Shown here: positions 1 through 9,596 of the stretch, piece by piece
Position numbering within the stretch: the stretch's first letter is position 1
Layout: each line of letters opens with the position of its first letter
Assembly (NCBI GenBank): GCA_023254355.1
Contig: JALRLR010000001.1
Location: forward strand, 2,100-66,099
Direction: 5' to 3'
From: Poseidonia sp.
Lineage (GTDB): Archaea; Thermoplasmatota; Poseidoniia; Poseidoniales; Poseidoniaceae
DNA length: 64,000 bases
The notes under the pieces: generated by a model
What the model was told of the DNA's origin: nothing
Databases searched by the model: none
The model's input: only the letters and a program-made list of their open reading frames with translations
Made by a program: the position numbers and the translations under genes

Positions 1-3000
1 CGCCTTCAGATCCTTGCGAGGTCCAGGTGAACACCACCTCAAACGGTACTTGAGCGGGGACATCCTCAGAGAGCAGCACATCAACGGTCCCAATACCCGT
101 CGACAGGGCCCCCATCGATTTGACGGGGTCGTAATAGGTGAACTGGACTTCGTTGTGAAGGTCTGAATCGCTGGATTGGACCGTGGCTTCGAGTGTAAAG
201 GTGTCCATCCCGTTGCCGGGGTTACTCAGGTACAGGAGAAACCGATGTTGTTCGCTCACGTTGAGTGAAATCGCCGACGCTTCGTTGTCTGGAACAGGGT
301 CAATCAAGGTCAAGTTGGCTCTAAAAATTTGCAAGACGTGGAGGCTTGCGTTGAATTCGGCGTCGCTATCGGCGGGATCGCTGCCCATGAAGGCGTGGCG
401 TTTGGGGACGGCATTCGGTGGGAGTTCGAGAAGCAAATCTCCCGTGACGGTTTCTCCGCCGACCCCTTGGGCTTCAAGGAAACTCCCGTTGAGGGTCCAG
501 TCGCCGGTGGCTCCCCATACCCAATCGGTCTCGAGCATACCCATCTCTGCCATGTTCCATTGAACGCTTCCGCTCGTGGGTAAGGTTCCGGTCAACGACC
601 AGGTCAAGTTGGCCTGGGGCAACGAGCGTTGATGGTTTGGGGTGAGGACAAATTTCTGCGAGGTGAACGTAAACGGCATGGATTCGCACAAGGTTTCGCT
701 GCCGCTTCCCATGCACATGGTCAGTGTGGTTTCGGTTGAACTTCCGTAGGCAGCGGACGCCGGTGTGGCCAGCCTCGCATACAGGGGGATGGCTTCACCA
801 GGCTGCAAGGTGATGCTGAACAGTTGGGTTCCGTCCATGGCGTGGATGGATGGCGAACCACCCCATGAGGGAGCGGTCCATGTGATCGTGGTGGTGGTTT
901 CTTGGGCGTTGCCCAAATTTTCAACCATGAACCATGCTTCTGCGGTTGAACCCGGGCGTCCAAATCCGTTTGAAGCGTTCAATCCGGTTTGTCCCGTTAA
1001 ATCCAATCCACGGGTTCGGAGGACCTCCAACGGGAGGTCGAGGGTAGCGTTGATGGTGGGGTCGTCGTCCAGAGCGAGGACGAAGGAGACCAATCCGGAC
1101 TCATCGCCCATGGCGGTTCCGGGGACGCTCGCTTCAAACGATACGGTAAAGGGTGTGTTGGGTACGAGTTCCTGCGAGAGGGATTGCCCGACCAAGGGGG
1201 CAAAATTCCAATCCTCTGGCACTTGCTCCGTTGAGTACGACAAGGTCCAGTCAGCCGTTCGTGAGCCGGTCGATACCAACTCGATGTCAATGGTTTCGCT
1301 GGTCCCTGGGAGGATCCGTGGCGGGTCGATTGGCCCCGCCAATTCAGCGACGTACGGCTCGACCACGACGAATTCGGCCATGGCGTGGTTGTTGTCTTCT
1401 CGCTGTTCGGAAATGTTTCCGTTGACATCGAGCACCAGCTCAAAGGTGTGAACGCCAAGTTGAGCGGTGAATTCCGCTGTGAAGGTCATCGGACCTCCTT
1501 CGCCTGATGGAGCGACAGGGTTGCTGGAGGTGAATCGCTCGCGGGTGAGTTCCGCACCGTTCATCACGATGCTGGCATCAACGTCATCGTCGGCTTCCGA
1601 GGTGCCAATGTTCGCGAATTGGGCCGTCACGGTTACGGTGTCTCCGGGGTCGGCTTGGGCCGGATTGAAGGACAACCCACGGTTGTCGCTTGATGGTGCG
1701 AGGTCGGGGCCGCGGTCCGAAACCAAAGTGTCGCCGTAGAGGACGTCAAGGTGGCCGTCTCCATCAACATCTGCGATAGCAGGCGCCGTCCAGACTCGAT
1801 GGGGCATGCTGAGCGGAGTTGACCATTCGTTGTTGATGTCGGCTGAGGCTCCGGTGTCGCCGTCAAAGGCCCACAATCGGCGTCCAAAGCCAATGAGAAT
1901 TTCGGGGGTGCCTTCGCCGTCAATGTCCAACCAGAACGGAGGTGAGACGGCGATTTCATCGTTATCGGTGCCGCTGCCACGTTGAAGGTCTCGAACCCAT
2001 TCATTCACTGGGTTTTCATCGCTGATGTCGGTGCATCCAACCATGCCTTTTCGGTTGGGAGTCGTGCTTGATTCGGAATACCAGGTGGCCCAACACAACC
2101 GGTCCGAAATCCCGTCATCGTCCGTGTCAAGCGGGGTGGGTTGGGTGTCGCCAAAGCCGTTGGGTGCTCTAAAATTGAACACCTCCGTGGTGGAGGTGAT
2201 TTCCATGCCAATGTAGCGGGCACCGGTTCCGGGACTTCGACCGTTTGGGTCGGTGGGCACGGTGAGGATCATTTCAGGTGCAGCATCACCGTCAAGTTGT
2301 GTAATGACCGGTCCGGGAAGCCGAAGCCGAGGCGCATCGGAATCTCCCGAATCGGTTCCTTGGACGGCCACTCTTTCCCAATCGAGTGAACCGGAATCGC
2401 CGTCGATTTTCCAAATCCACATGTTGCCGGAGTTTGAATCGATGGTGGTGAGCAACACCGAGGTGGTTGTTCCATCCAATTTGGCCCACACGGGGTCCGA
2501 TGGGTGGGTGCCCCGGTCGAGGTTGACGCTCCACTCAGCGGCTGAAGGCTGGCCGGTCGTCAAGGTGTAGGCGTGGACGAAGATTGACGGGTTGTTTTCT
2601 GGATCGTCAACCACGGCCACCACGAGTTCGGGCGTCCCGTCCAGTTCCAGATCGGCGAGCAGGGGTTGCGTAACGGCTTGATGGTCCGATTGAGCGGTCC
2701 AAAAATGGGGGGAGGGTGAACCGATTCTAACGTCGGCGTCGCTGTACGACCACACCAGTTCATTGCTGTGGCCCGACGATTGCCAGTTGGATTCCGTGCA
2801 CGTCAAACGAGGGGACCAAACATCGACATTGAACGCTCCTTGGGTGTCGTACACAACGATGATTTCGGGATGTCCATCGTCATCGATGTCGTGAATCATT
2901 GGCGTTGAACGAATCGCTTCAGTGGTTCCAAGAGATACCCTCCATGCGATTTTTGCGTCGTTGCCCGAAATGATGTTGAGGTAACTCTCCCGCGTTCCAT

Positions 3001-3451
3001 CGACCAACGTGCTGGAAATCATCACGGGAAACAGGGTACCTTGTCCACACCGCTCGAGGGCGGCCTCGGGTGCGGTGATGCTGCTGCTGAAGTCGCCGAT
3101 GACCGACCCGTAGGCATCGCTTCCGTCCCCGGTTTCAAAGGCCTGCCAGTTGACCACCGGGTGCTCGAGGGTTCCCAGCTCCACGACGTCACTCACGTTG
3201 CCTTGGCCAGGGCCGCCGTCAGGGCTGTGCAAGGGTGCGGTTTGGTTGTGGGTTGGCGTTTGGGCGTACTGCCCCCACGGTTGTTCCAGACCCGTCCAAT
3301 CGGTGTTGCCGCTTGAGGGGGAAATTGGTTGCCGTTGTGCATCAAACACCGTGCCCTGGAAGGGGAGGGCCAGGACGCCGAGCATCAACAGAACGACGGC
3401 CACGGTCAGGCCTTGTCGGCCCTTGGCTGGGTGGGCGCTGCCTGACATCAT
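1..3451 (-). CDS. Large secreted/surface protein with FG-GAP-like beta-propeller repeats followed by CARDB/Ig-like domains (3' end runs off the window)
   Basis: Manual translation from ATG 3451: MMSGSAHPAKGRQGLTVAVVLLMLGVLALPF (signal peptide); repeats IHDIDDDGHPEIIVV, LADLELDGTPELVVAV, LDIDGEGTPEILIG, IADVDGDGHLDVLYG; CARDB-like PGDTVTVTAQFANIG...VLDVNGNISEQREDNN. Absent from the ORF track, consistent with no stop inside the window. Confidence 0.85.
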   Translation of the reverse strand, partial: MMSGSAHPAKGRQGLTVAVVLLMLGVLALPFQGTVFDAQRQPISPSSGNTDWTGLEQPWGQYAQTPTHNQTAPLHSPDGGPGQGNVSDVVELGTLEHPVVNWQAFETGDGSDAYGSVIGDFSSSITAPEAALERCGQGTLFPVMISSTLVDGTRESYLNIISGNDAKIAWRVSLGTTEAIRSTPMIHDIDDDGHPEIIVVYDTQGAFNVDVWSPRLTCTESNWQSSGHSNELVWSYSDADVRIGSPSPHFWTAQSDHQAVTQPLLADLELDGTPELVVAVVDDPENNPSIFVHAYTLTTGQPSAAEWSVNLDRGTHPSDPVWAKLDGTTTSVLLTTIDSNSGNMWIWKIDGDSGSLDWERVAVQGTDSGDSDAPRLRLPGPVITQLDGDAAPEMILTVPTDPNGRSPGTGARYIGMEITSTTEVFNFRAPNGFGDTQPTPLDTDDDGISDRLCWATWYSESSTTPNRKGMVGCTDISDENPVNEWVRDLQRGSGTDNDEIAVSPPFWLDIDGEGTPEILIGFGRRLWAFDGDTGASADINNEWSTPLSMPHRVWTAPAIADVDGDGHLDVLYGDTLVSDRGPDLAPSSDNRGLSFNPAQADPGDTVTVTAQFANIGTSEADDDVDASIVMNGAELTRERFTSSNPVAPSGEGGPMTFTAEFTAQLGVHTFELVLDVNGNISEQREDNNHAMAEFVVVEPYVAELAGPIDPPRILPGTSETIDIELVSTGSRTADWTLSYSTEQVPEDWNFAPLVGQSLSQELVPNTPFTVSFEASVPGTAMGDESGLVSFVLALDDDPTINATLDLPLEVLRTRGLDLTGQTGLNASNGFGRPGSTAEAWFMVENLGNAQETTTTITWTAPSWGGSPSIHAMDGTQLFSITLQPGEAIPLYARLATPASAAYGSSTETTLTMCMGSGSETLCESMPFTFTSQKFVLTPNHQRSLPQANLTWSLTGTLPTSGSVQWNMAEMGMLETDWVWGATGDWTLNGSFLEAQGVGGETVTGDLLLELPPNAVPKRHAFMGSDPADSDAEFNASLHVLQIFRANLTLIDPVPDNEASAISLNVSEQHRFLLYLSNPGNGMDTFTLEATVQSSDSDLHNEVQFTYYDPVKSMGALSTGIGTVDVLLSEDVPAQVPFEVVFTWTSQGSEG

Positions 3452-3713
3452 GAATGACCGCCTTCGGGGGGTTGTTATGGGTTATGGCTCCTTCACAACC
3501 TTAAACCTCGTTTCTCGATGCATCAATTGGGCCCCATCCAGCGGTTGGGGTCGTCATGAGAATGCCCCCGTTGTCCGTTTCAATTAAATAGGGGTCGTCG
3601 GTGGAAGGAATGACTTCGGTCGCTTTCTCTCCTGAGGTAACCCGGTGAAGGACGGAATTGCTTGACAGCATCCGTGTTTCATTGACCTTTGGAAAGAACC
3701 AGAGGTGAAACAC

Positions 3714-4271
3714 ATGTACAAGGTCGTAACCAAAGAAGACACCATTCGCATTCCTGCTGAATACATGCGGAAAGGCCAATCCTTGGACCAGCACATCGAC
3801 CGTCTCTCCATGGACGCCTTTGAGGGTAAATTTGACTCAGAAAATCGATTCGTTCTGGTGACCAACAATCACAAGACCATCGGCCGTGGTCGAATCATTC
3901 ACGGCGACGGGGCCATTTACCAAAAAGTCCAATTTGACGCCGTGCTCTTCTGCATGGACGACCAAGAAGTCGTTGAAGGGGCCGTTTCGGAAGTCAACGA
4001 ATTCGGAGCCTTTGTCCGTATCGGCCCCATGGAGGCGTTGCTTCACAAGTCCCAAATCATGGAAGAACCCGTTGACATCAACATCGGCGCCAACAAAATC
4101 ATCGGCCGAAACACCGGGCGTGAACTGGCCATCGGTTCGTTCGTTCGTGCCCGCATCGTTTCCCTCTCTCCCGACACTTCCGACCCCCGCCGTTCAAAGA
4201 TCGGTTTGACGAGCAAGCAGGAAGGCCTCGGCTCGCCATCGTGGAACAACGCCAACGATGGAGGTGAGTGA
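3714..4271 (+). CDS. rpoE1: DNA-directed RNA polymerase subunit E' (Rpo7)
   Basis: MYKVVTKEDTIRIP, GRIIHGDGAIYQ, S1 domain EVVEGAVSEVNEFGAFVRIGPMEALLHKSQI, KIGLTSKQEGLG; GAGGTGA RBS at 3702-3708. Confidence 0.97.
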   Translation: MYKVVTKEDTIRIPAEYMRKGQSLDQHIDRLSMDAFEGKFDSENRFVLVTNNHKTIGRGRIIHGDGAIYQKVQFDAVLFCMDDQEVVEGAVSEVNEFGAFVRIGPMEALLHKSQIMEEPVDINIGANKIIGRNTGRELAIGSFVRARIVSLSPDTSDPRRSKIGLTSKQEGLGSPSWNNANDGGE

Positions 4272-4477
4272 GCGTGGTGAACGTTCCCTTCGCCTGCGGT
4301 GAATGCCATTTGGTGTTGAACGATGGCGTTGACCAATGCCCTCGTCACCCCTCCGCACAAGTCTCGTCCGATTGGACCGGCTACGTCATCATCATGCAAC
4401 CCGAACGTTCGGAAATTGCCAAGCGATTGCAGGTGGACCAACCTGGGCGATATGCGCTGAAGGTCAACATTCGATGA
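4268..4477 (+). CDS. spt4: Transcription elongation factor Spt4 (RpoE'')
   Basis: ACGECHLV...CPRH...SSDWTGYVIIMQPERSEIAKRL...PGRYALKV; overlaps the rpoE1 stop (GTGA), canonical synteny. Confidence 0.95.
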   Translation: MSVVNVPFACGECHLVLNDGVDQCPRHPSAQVSSDWTGYVIIMQPERSEIAKRLQVDQPGRYALKVNIR

Positions 4478-4486
4478 GGTGAGATC

Positions 4487-4816
4487 ATGGAAATCAAAGA
4501 ACGCAAAGAAAACAAAGTGCTGAATCGAGTTGAAATCTCCTTTAGCTGGAAGCACGACAAAAACGCCACTCCCTCTCGAAAAGAGGTCATGGATTTGGTG
4601 CGAACCCTTGAACCAGGCTCCAATCCTGATTGGATTGTCGTCAAAAATTGTGTCACTCGGTTTGGACAGCCCCTCACCACGGGCTTGGCCTACATCTACG
4701 GCTCCCAAGAGGCCATGGCTGTTGAGCCGGAATACATTCACAAGCGCCATGAACCGTTCCGAAGCGGTTCGGCTGCACCGGCTGATGACGCCGCCACTGA
4801 AGGAGGCGATGAGTGA
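4487..4816 (+). CDS. rps24e: 30S ribosomal protein S24e
   Basis: [12 protein letters not shown]...ATPSRKEV...TRFG...GLAYIY; GAGGTGA RBS; synteny. Confidence 0.95.
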   Translation: MEIKERKENKVLNRVEISFSWKHDKNATPSRKEVMDLVRTLEPGSNPDWIVVKNCVTRFGQPLTTGLAYIYGSQEAMAVEPEYIHKRHEPFRSGSAAPADDAATEGGDE

Positions 4817-4983
4817 TGGGTGACGGTCCGAACGCCAAGGCCAAGTGGTCAAAGTACAAGGTCGAAGACGGCAAACTCATTCGTGCTGAGAACTGCCCCG
4901 TATGCGGTCCCGGCGTGTTTTTGGCTCATCACAACAACCGTAAATCCTGCGGACGTTGCGGTCACACGGCCATGAACGAGTGA
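4816..4983 (+). CDS. rps27ae: 30S ribosomal protein S27ae
   Basis: Manual translation [55 protein letters not shown] (55 aa, C4 zinc ribbon), TGATG overlap with rps24e; too short for the ORF track. Confidence 0.95.
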   Translation: MGDGPNAKAKWSKYKVEDGKLIRAENCPVCGPGVFLAHHNNRKSCGRCGHTAMNE

Positions 4984-5940
4984 TCACTCTTCTTCAGTCG
5001 CGCCGCACCGTGACTCAATGGCACTGTTTTGCCATGTGCCGTCGTTCATCAAAAGCAACGCCCCACTTCGGTGAGGGTAAACATGGACGGGAATTTCAGA
5101 CGTCGCTTCTCGTTGGACCGTGTCTTTAGCCAGAACCGCCTCCTCACGCCATCCAGCGATTCTCCAACCCTGCAACTGAGTATCCCACGCAGCATGTTGA
5201 ACGGGGCCGCTCAATTGTGCTTGCGCCACGAGTTTTTGGTCGGTGAGCCAACTCACGGTGCCGTGGGATGAACACACGAGGTCATGAAGGCCCGAGGTGA
5301 AATGCCGCTCAATCGGCCCTTCAATCCCAGGAAGAAGATACTCTTCCAAAAGGACGCCCGTGTCCAGAGCACGACGCTGGACCCGTCCTCCTTTCGACGT
5401 GAGGAGGACATCTTCACCCTTGATGCGAAGGCCCACGGTTTCTTCGTTCCTTGGCCTGCGTTTACTGTATTTCCAGGATGGGGGCGGTTGCCTCCATCGC
5501 TCTTCTGCGTTGGTTTTGGTGCTGTACAATCCTCGCCGATAGAGTTCAAACACGACCACCTCACCGTTTGAGGCGAGGGCCATCGGTTCGGCGTCCAGGC
5601 TGTGCGACCAGACATGACCAGCAGGCTGGTGCGTTGTGCGGGTGCTCATGGAGGCTCGAACTTCGGCTCGGGTCGTTCCGTTTTCGGAGGCGCCAACGGG
5701 CAGGGCCGCCATGCAAGCCAGCAACAATTCACGGTCGAGCCACATTCCAATCAAAAGGTCGTTCTCGACCACGGCTCGATGAATCCGCATGGGATGAGGT
5801 TGACTCGGAGGACCGAGGGGTTGGAGGTTGGCATCCAGCCAAGCAACTTCACCGTCCATTCCGGTAATCACCACTCCTTGAGGGTGATGAACGACCAAAT
5901 CGGGCAGAAAAGGGATGCGTGGAGGCAGCCCTTCGTCCAT
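4984..5940 (-). CDS. Hypothetical protein, probable PQQ/WD-like beta-propeller
   Basis: Long ORF; repeated W-terminated beta-blade-like segments (VWSHSLDAEPMAL, ERWRQP, LTSKGGRVQRRALDTG); start placed at MDEGLPP so as not to overlap the divergent dtdA. Confidence 0.6.
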   Translation of the reverse strand: MDEGLPPRIPFLPDLVVHHPQGVVITGMDGEVAWLDANLQPLGPPSQPHPMRIHRAVVENDLLIGMWLDRELLLACMAALPVGASENGTTRAEVRASMSTRTTHQPAGHVWSHSLDAEPMALASNGEVVVFELYRRGLYSTKTNAEERWRQPPPSWKYSKRRPRNEETVGLRIKGEDVLLTSKGGRVQRRALDTGVLLEEYLLPGIEGPIERHFTSGLHDLVCSSHGTVSWLTDQKLVAQAQLSGPVQHAAWDTQLQGWRIAGWREEAVLAKDTVQREATSEIPVHVYPHRSGALLLMNDGTWQNSAIESRCGATEEE

Positions 5941-6015
5941 ATTGCTGGCTTGGGCTGAAAGTATGTGAACTCTCGTCTGCGTGAGTTCAAAAAAGACGCA
6001 TCTCCACGCAGGAAC

Positions 6016-6963
6016 ATGGTCAACCGCTCGGTGGTGCTGATTGCGGTGAACAGCAAGGACATTGCGAGCACGAATCAAGCCGATCTTCTTCGTAGTCTTG
6101 ACCCGTGGGTTGCCATGGATGCCTTCGAAGGCCATCCAACCTATGCCTTTGACCGATTACGTATGGTGTATTTGCCTGACGGTCTGCTCTTTGAAGACCA
6201 TCTTGACCGTCGCTGGAACCGGTTCACCGGTGAGCTCGTGCAGGAAGTGATCTTCCCCTCACGTCACGTCGCTGCGAGCGGTCAGGCTTCGCTGACCCTC
6301 CATCCCATCGGCGTCCCTCACCTTCAGCAAGGAGAAATCGGTCCCTACGGCGGCATCGGGGGAGTTGCTCCTCCCCCGTCTTCACGCCTTGCACCGTGGT
6401 GGCGGATGCTGTTGCAAGAAGCAAAAACGTCACCCGAGGTGGATGAATTCGATCTATCGCTTGAAGTCACGCACCACGGCCCCCACCTTGAAACGCCTTG
6501 TTTGTTCATCGAAGTCGGTTCCACGGAGGCCACTTGGGACCACCTCGGTGCAGCACGGGTACTAGCCAACATCATGCGCAAGGGGTTGTTGGGAGAGGAT
6601 ACAACATCGTGGGACCCCTCCAAACACGCAGGCCAGACGGTTGTGGTGACTCTGGGTGGGGGGCACTATGCTCCTCGAGCCAATCTCCTGGGTGCCCTTG
6701 AAGGGGTATGGATTGGACACATGTTAGCCACCTACGCCATGCCGTTTGAACAGGACGGCGAGCACGTAGGCGGAAACTGGCGCCAAGCCTTGGATGCCGC
6801 ATTGGAGGCCACCAAGGTGAGTTTTCCCGGCGGTGACCTTGTTTGTTCAATGGACAAAAAAGCGTTCCGTGGATGGCAGCGGCAAGCCATTCGTGCGCAT
6901 CTCGAGGCTTTGGGAATCCCGTTGTTGACAAGTCGTCAAATCAAGGAACGCCTCGAGCGTTGA
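6016..6963 (+). CDS. dtdA: D-aminoacyl-tRNA deacylase, archaeal DTD2/GEK1 type
   Basis: Motifs FPSRH, LTLHPIG, SLEVTHHGP, FIEVGST, GGGHYAP. Confidence 0.92.
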   Translation: MVNRSVVLIAVNSKDIASTNQADLLRSLDPWVAMDAFEGHPTYAFDRLRMVYLPDGLLFEDHLDRRWNRFTGELVQEVIFPSRHVAASGQASLTLHPIGVPHLQQGEIGPYGGIGGVAPPPSSRLAPWWRMLLQEAKTSPEVDEFDLSLEVTHHGPHLETPCLFIEVGSTEATWDHLGAARVLANIMRKGLLGEDTTSWDPSKHAGQTVVVTLGGGHYAPRANLLGALEGVWIGHMLATYAMPFEQDGEHVGGNWRQALDAALEATKVSFPGGDLVCSMDKKAFRGWQRQAIRAHLEALGIPLLTSRQIKERLER

Positions 6964-7005
6964 GGGGTTGTCACGCAAAGGGTCAAAGAGCGCCTTGGGA
7001 GAGTC

Positions 7006-7989
7006 ATGGCCATGGTGGGATGGTTCTCGCGACTGGTCGTTGCGATGACGGTCCGAATGCCCAAGTGGTTTGTTCGCTGGGTCAGTCGCCGCTATGTAGC
7101 AGGGGCAACGCTTGACGATGCCGTTGCCGTCATGAAACGACTCTCAGCAGAAGGGGCGTGTTTCACCGTTGATGTACTCGGTGAGGAAATCTCGTCGATG
7201 CATGAAGCCAAGTTCTTTCTTGACGAATACATTCGGGTCATGAACGCCATCAATCAACACCAGCTTGATGCCAACCTGAGCATCAAACCCACCGCCTTTG
7301 GCTTGTTGATTAACCCCGATGAGGGCTTGAAGAACATACGAACCTTGGTGGCCATGGCCGCGGAAAACGAGATGTTTGTTCGCCTTGATATGGAAGACCA
7401 TCGCGTCACGACGGATACCATCGAGGTGGTCCTCAAGCTGCATGAAGAGGGGTTGACGAACGTCGGTACCGTGCTTCAAGGACGGCTTTTCCGAACCCTC
7501 GCTGACATCGAAGAACTCGAACAACGATTGGGCATGAACGCTGATTATCGAATTTGCAAGGGCATTTACCTTGAGCCTGACTCGATCGCCCACACCCGTT
7601 ATGCCGACATTGTTGAAGCGACCAACGCCTCCGTGTCCAGAATGCTCGAGGCCGGTGCTTATGTTGGCATCGCGAGCCACGATCTTCCGGTGATCAACCA
7701 CACCCTCTCGGAACTTGAGAAACTCGGCATGGGGCCCGGAATGAGCGATCCTCGTACGAACGCCGCCCCCCAACGTCCCGCCAAGGGCCCGGGTTATGAG
7801 TTCCAGATGCTTCTTGGTGTCCGTGGCCCTCTGCGTCGAAGGCTCCTTGCCCAGGGCCATCGCACCCGAGTGTACGTCCCCTACGGTGAAAAGTGGTATG
7901 AATACAGCATTCGGAGGTTGAAAGAAAATCCAACCATCGGTGCTCAAGTCGCCAAAGCCTTCCTGATGCCGTGGACCAATCGTCCATGA
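7006..7989 (+). CDS. Monofunctional proline dehydrogenase (PRODH)
   Basis: RRYVAG, DVLGE, SIKPT, VRLDMED, RICKGIYLEP, IASHD, EFQMLLGV, RVYVPYG..WYEYSIRRLKENP. Confidence 0.93.
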   Translation: MAMVGWFSRLVVAMTVRMPKWFVRWVSRRYVAGATLDDAVAVMKRLSAEGACFTVDVLGEEISSMHEAKFFLDEYIRVMNAINQHQLDANLSIKPTAFGLLINPDEGLKNIRTLVAMAAENEMFVRLDMEDHRVTTDTIEVVLKLHEEGLTNVGTVLQGRLFRTLADIEELEQRLGMNADYRICKGIYLEPDSIAHTRYADIVEATNASVSRMLEAGAYVGIASHDLPVINHTLSELEKLGMGPGMSDPRTNAAPQRPAKGPGYEFQMLLGVRGPLRRRLLAQGHRTRVYVPYGEKWYEYSIRRLKENPTIGAQVAKAFLMPWTNRP

Positions 7990-7990
7990 A

Positions 7991-8755
7991 TCATCTTCGT
8001 TTTTTCTTGGACCGTTTGTTCTGAGCGTTGGGGTGAACCCCTTTCTTGATGTGCTCTTTTGGACGTTCGGGGTTTGGATTGTATCCCAATTTCCCTTCCT
8101 TCCAGGCTTGCCTTCGCTCACGTGGCGTTCTTGGTGCGAAGTGCTCTGACTTGGGGGGCTCGTGAAGATACATCCGCTTGATGTCAGGTGCGTTTACCGT
8201 ACCTCGTAAGGTCCGACCGGCACCGGTATGGATGGCTCGAATACGCCAGGTTTCTCCTTCGTAATCCAAAAGGTGGGATGCCGTAAAGGCGGTTTCTTGA
8301 GGCACCACGAGGACGGCAGAGGTGGAATCCTCTCCACGGGTGAGGGTGAGTTTGACCCTGACCATGTCGGTGCGCAGCGCCGTCACCCGGGCAATGTTGG
8401 TCGCCAAGGCTGAGGTCGCGTGCTGGTCATTCGCCAAGTCGATTTGATGAATTCTCCACAGTTTTTCATTCTCTTCAAACACGTCACCGACCACAAATTC
8501 TTCGTCTGCGTCAACCACCAAGACAACTCGCTCGGAATGAGGCCCGTCGGTCAAAATGAACGGGAGGTTGGTTGGAGGCGGCGGTCGAAACTGCACGATG
8601 TGGACGTGTTGGCATACTTCGCAACGGACGGTGAAATCAGCTCCATCGCCGACGCTTCGTTCCTTGAGGATCTCGTGCCCGGTCATCTCGTCGCATGAAG
8701 GGCAATGCGTTGCATTGTCCATGATGTCCTCTTCATCCCAGACATCTTCATCCAT
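7991..8755 (-). CDS. HVO_0476-like zinc-finger protein
   Basis: CPSC..HEILK...VRCEVCQHVH N-terminal Zn finger, two repeated beta domains, basic C-terminal tail. Confidence 0.8.
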   Translation of the reverse strand: MDEDVWDEEDIMDNATHCPSCDEMTGHEILKERSVGDGADFTVRCEVCQHVHIVQFRPPPPTNLPFILTDGPHSERVVLVVDADEEFVVGDVFEENEKLWRIHQIDLANDQHATSALATNIARVTALRTDMVRVKLTLTRGEDSTSAVLVVPQETAFTASHLLDYEGETWRIRAIHTGAGRTLRGTVNAPDIKRMYLHEPPKSEHFAPRTPRERRQAWKEGKLGYNPNPERPKEHIKKGVHPNAQNKRSKKKRR

Positions 8756-8855
8756 GGACAGTCCCCCCCATGCCTCTCGCCCTCGCCGTTTGGTTTGAAA
8801 CCTCCGACGAAGCGTCCGTGCAAGCCTTGATGTTTCTCCGAGATGCCGCAGGCCC

Positions 8856-9596
8856 ATGGGAGATGTGGATGGCGTACCCGACCGTGCGTCTGTCTTGGCT
8901 CATTTGCTCTCCAAGGACAGCGACCAACCGCGTGAGGAACCGGCGGTCGCTGCGAACATTCACGAACAACTTCAACACATGGGGCTTTCAACGTGGTCCA
9001 TCTCCATCTTACGACGGTTACGTGACGCACTCGCCCGCCAACAACCCCGTCAAGTGCTCGAGATTGGATCCGGTATTGGCCATCGTTCAGCTTGGCTCTT
9101 GGATTTGAGCGAACGCTCCAAACGTCCCCTCGACCGCTTCACCCTCGTTGAACAGGGCGGGAAGTTCGGCGTGATTCTTCAGCGCTTGTTGAACCGTTAC
9201 GATGCGCTTGCATGGGCGTCGGTGGTCGTGGGCGAACCACTTCAACTCGCTGCCGAACACCACGCCTGGAATCTCGCATCGGCCACGGGGACGGAATTGA
9301 CCGATCCCCCGCTTGCTGACGCCTATGATGCGGTGGTCGTTGATGGGCCTTCGGCGGAACGCGCCGCCTTGGTGAAGAACTTCTTGCCCTTCCTCCAATC
9401 AAACGGTGTGTTGTACACGGTGGAACCGGACATGCCAACGGGCGAAGTTGATCCTGATGATGAAGCCGGGATGGCGTTGGTCAACGGCTTCAATGCCTGG
9501 ATTGAACTGGTTAGCGAAACCCAATCCACGCACCACGTGGCCTTCATGCCCTTATTTGGGGGCACGTTGGTCGCTTGGATGCCCCATCAGGATTGA
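8856..9596 (+). CDS. Class I SAM-dependent methyltransferase-like protein
   Basis: VLEIGSGIG motif I, FTLVE motif II, YDAVVVDG, LQSNGVLY. Confidence 0.7.
   Translation: MGDVDGVPDRASVLAHLLSKDSDQPREEPAVAANIHEQLQHMGLSTWSISILRRLRDALARQQPRQVLEIGSGIGHRSAWLLDLSERSKRPLDRFTLVEQGGKFGVILQRLLNRYDALAWASVVVGEPLQLAAEHHAWNLASATGTELTDPPLADAYDAVVVDGPSAERAALVKNFLPFLQSNGVLYTVEPDMPTGEVDPDDEAGMALVNGFNAWIELVSETQSTHHVAFMPLFGGTLVAWMPHQD

Noticed and set aside
7144..8121. 325-aa antisense ORF, and similar ones (4043..4852, 12203..12877, 20693..21502, 31231..32058, 63018..63905)
   Set aside because: Shadow ORFs opposite well-supported genes, expected from codon bias at this GC content; no recognisable motifs.
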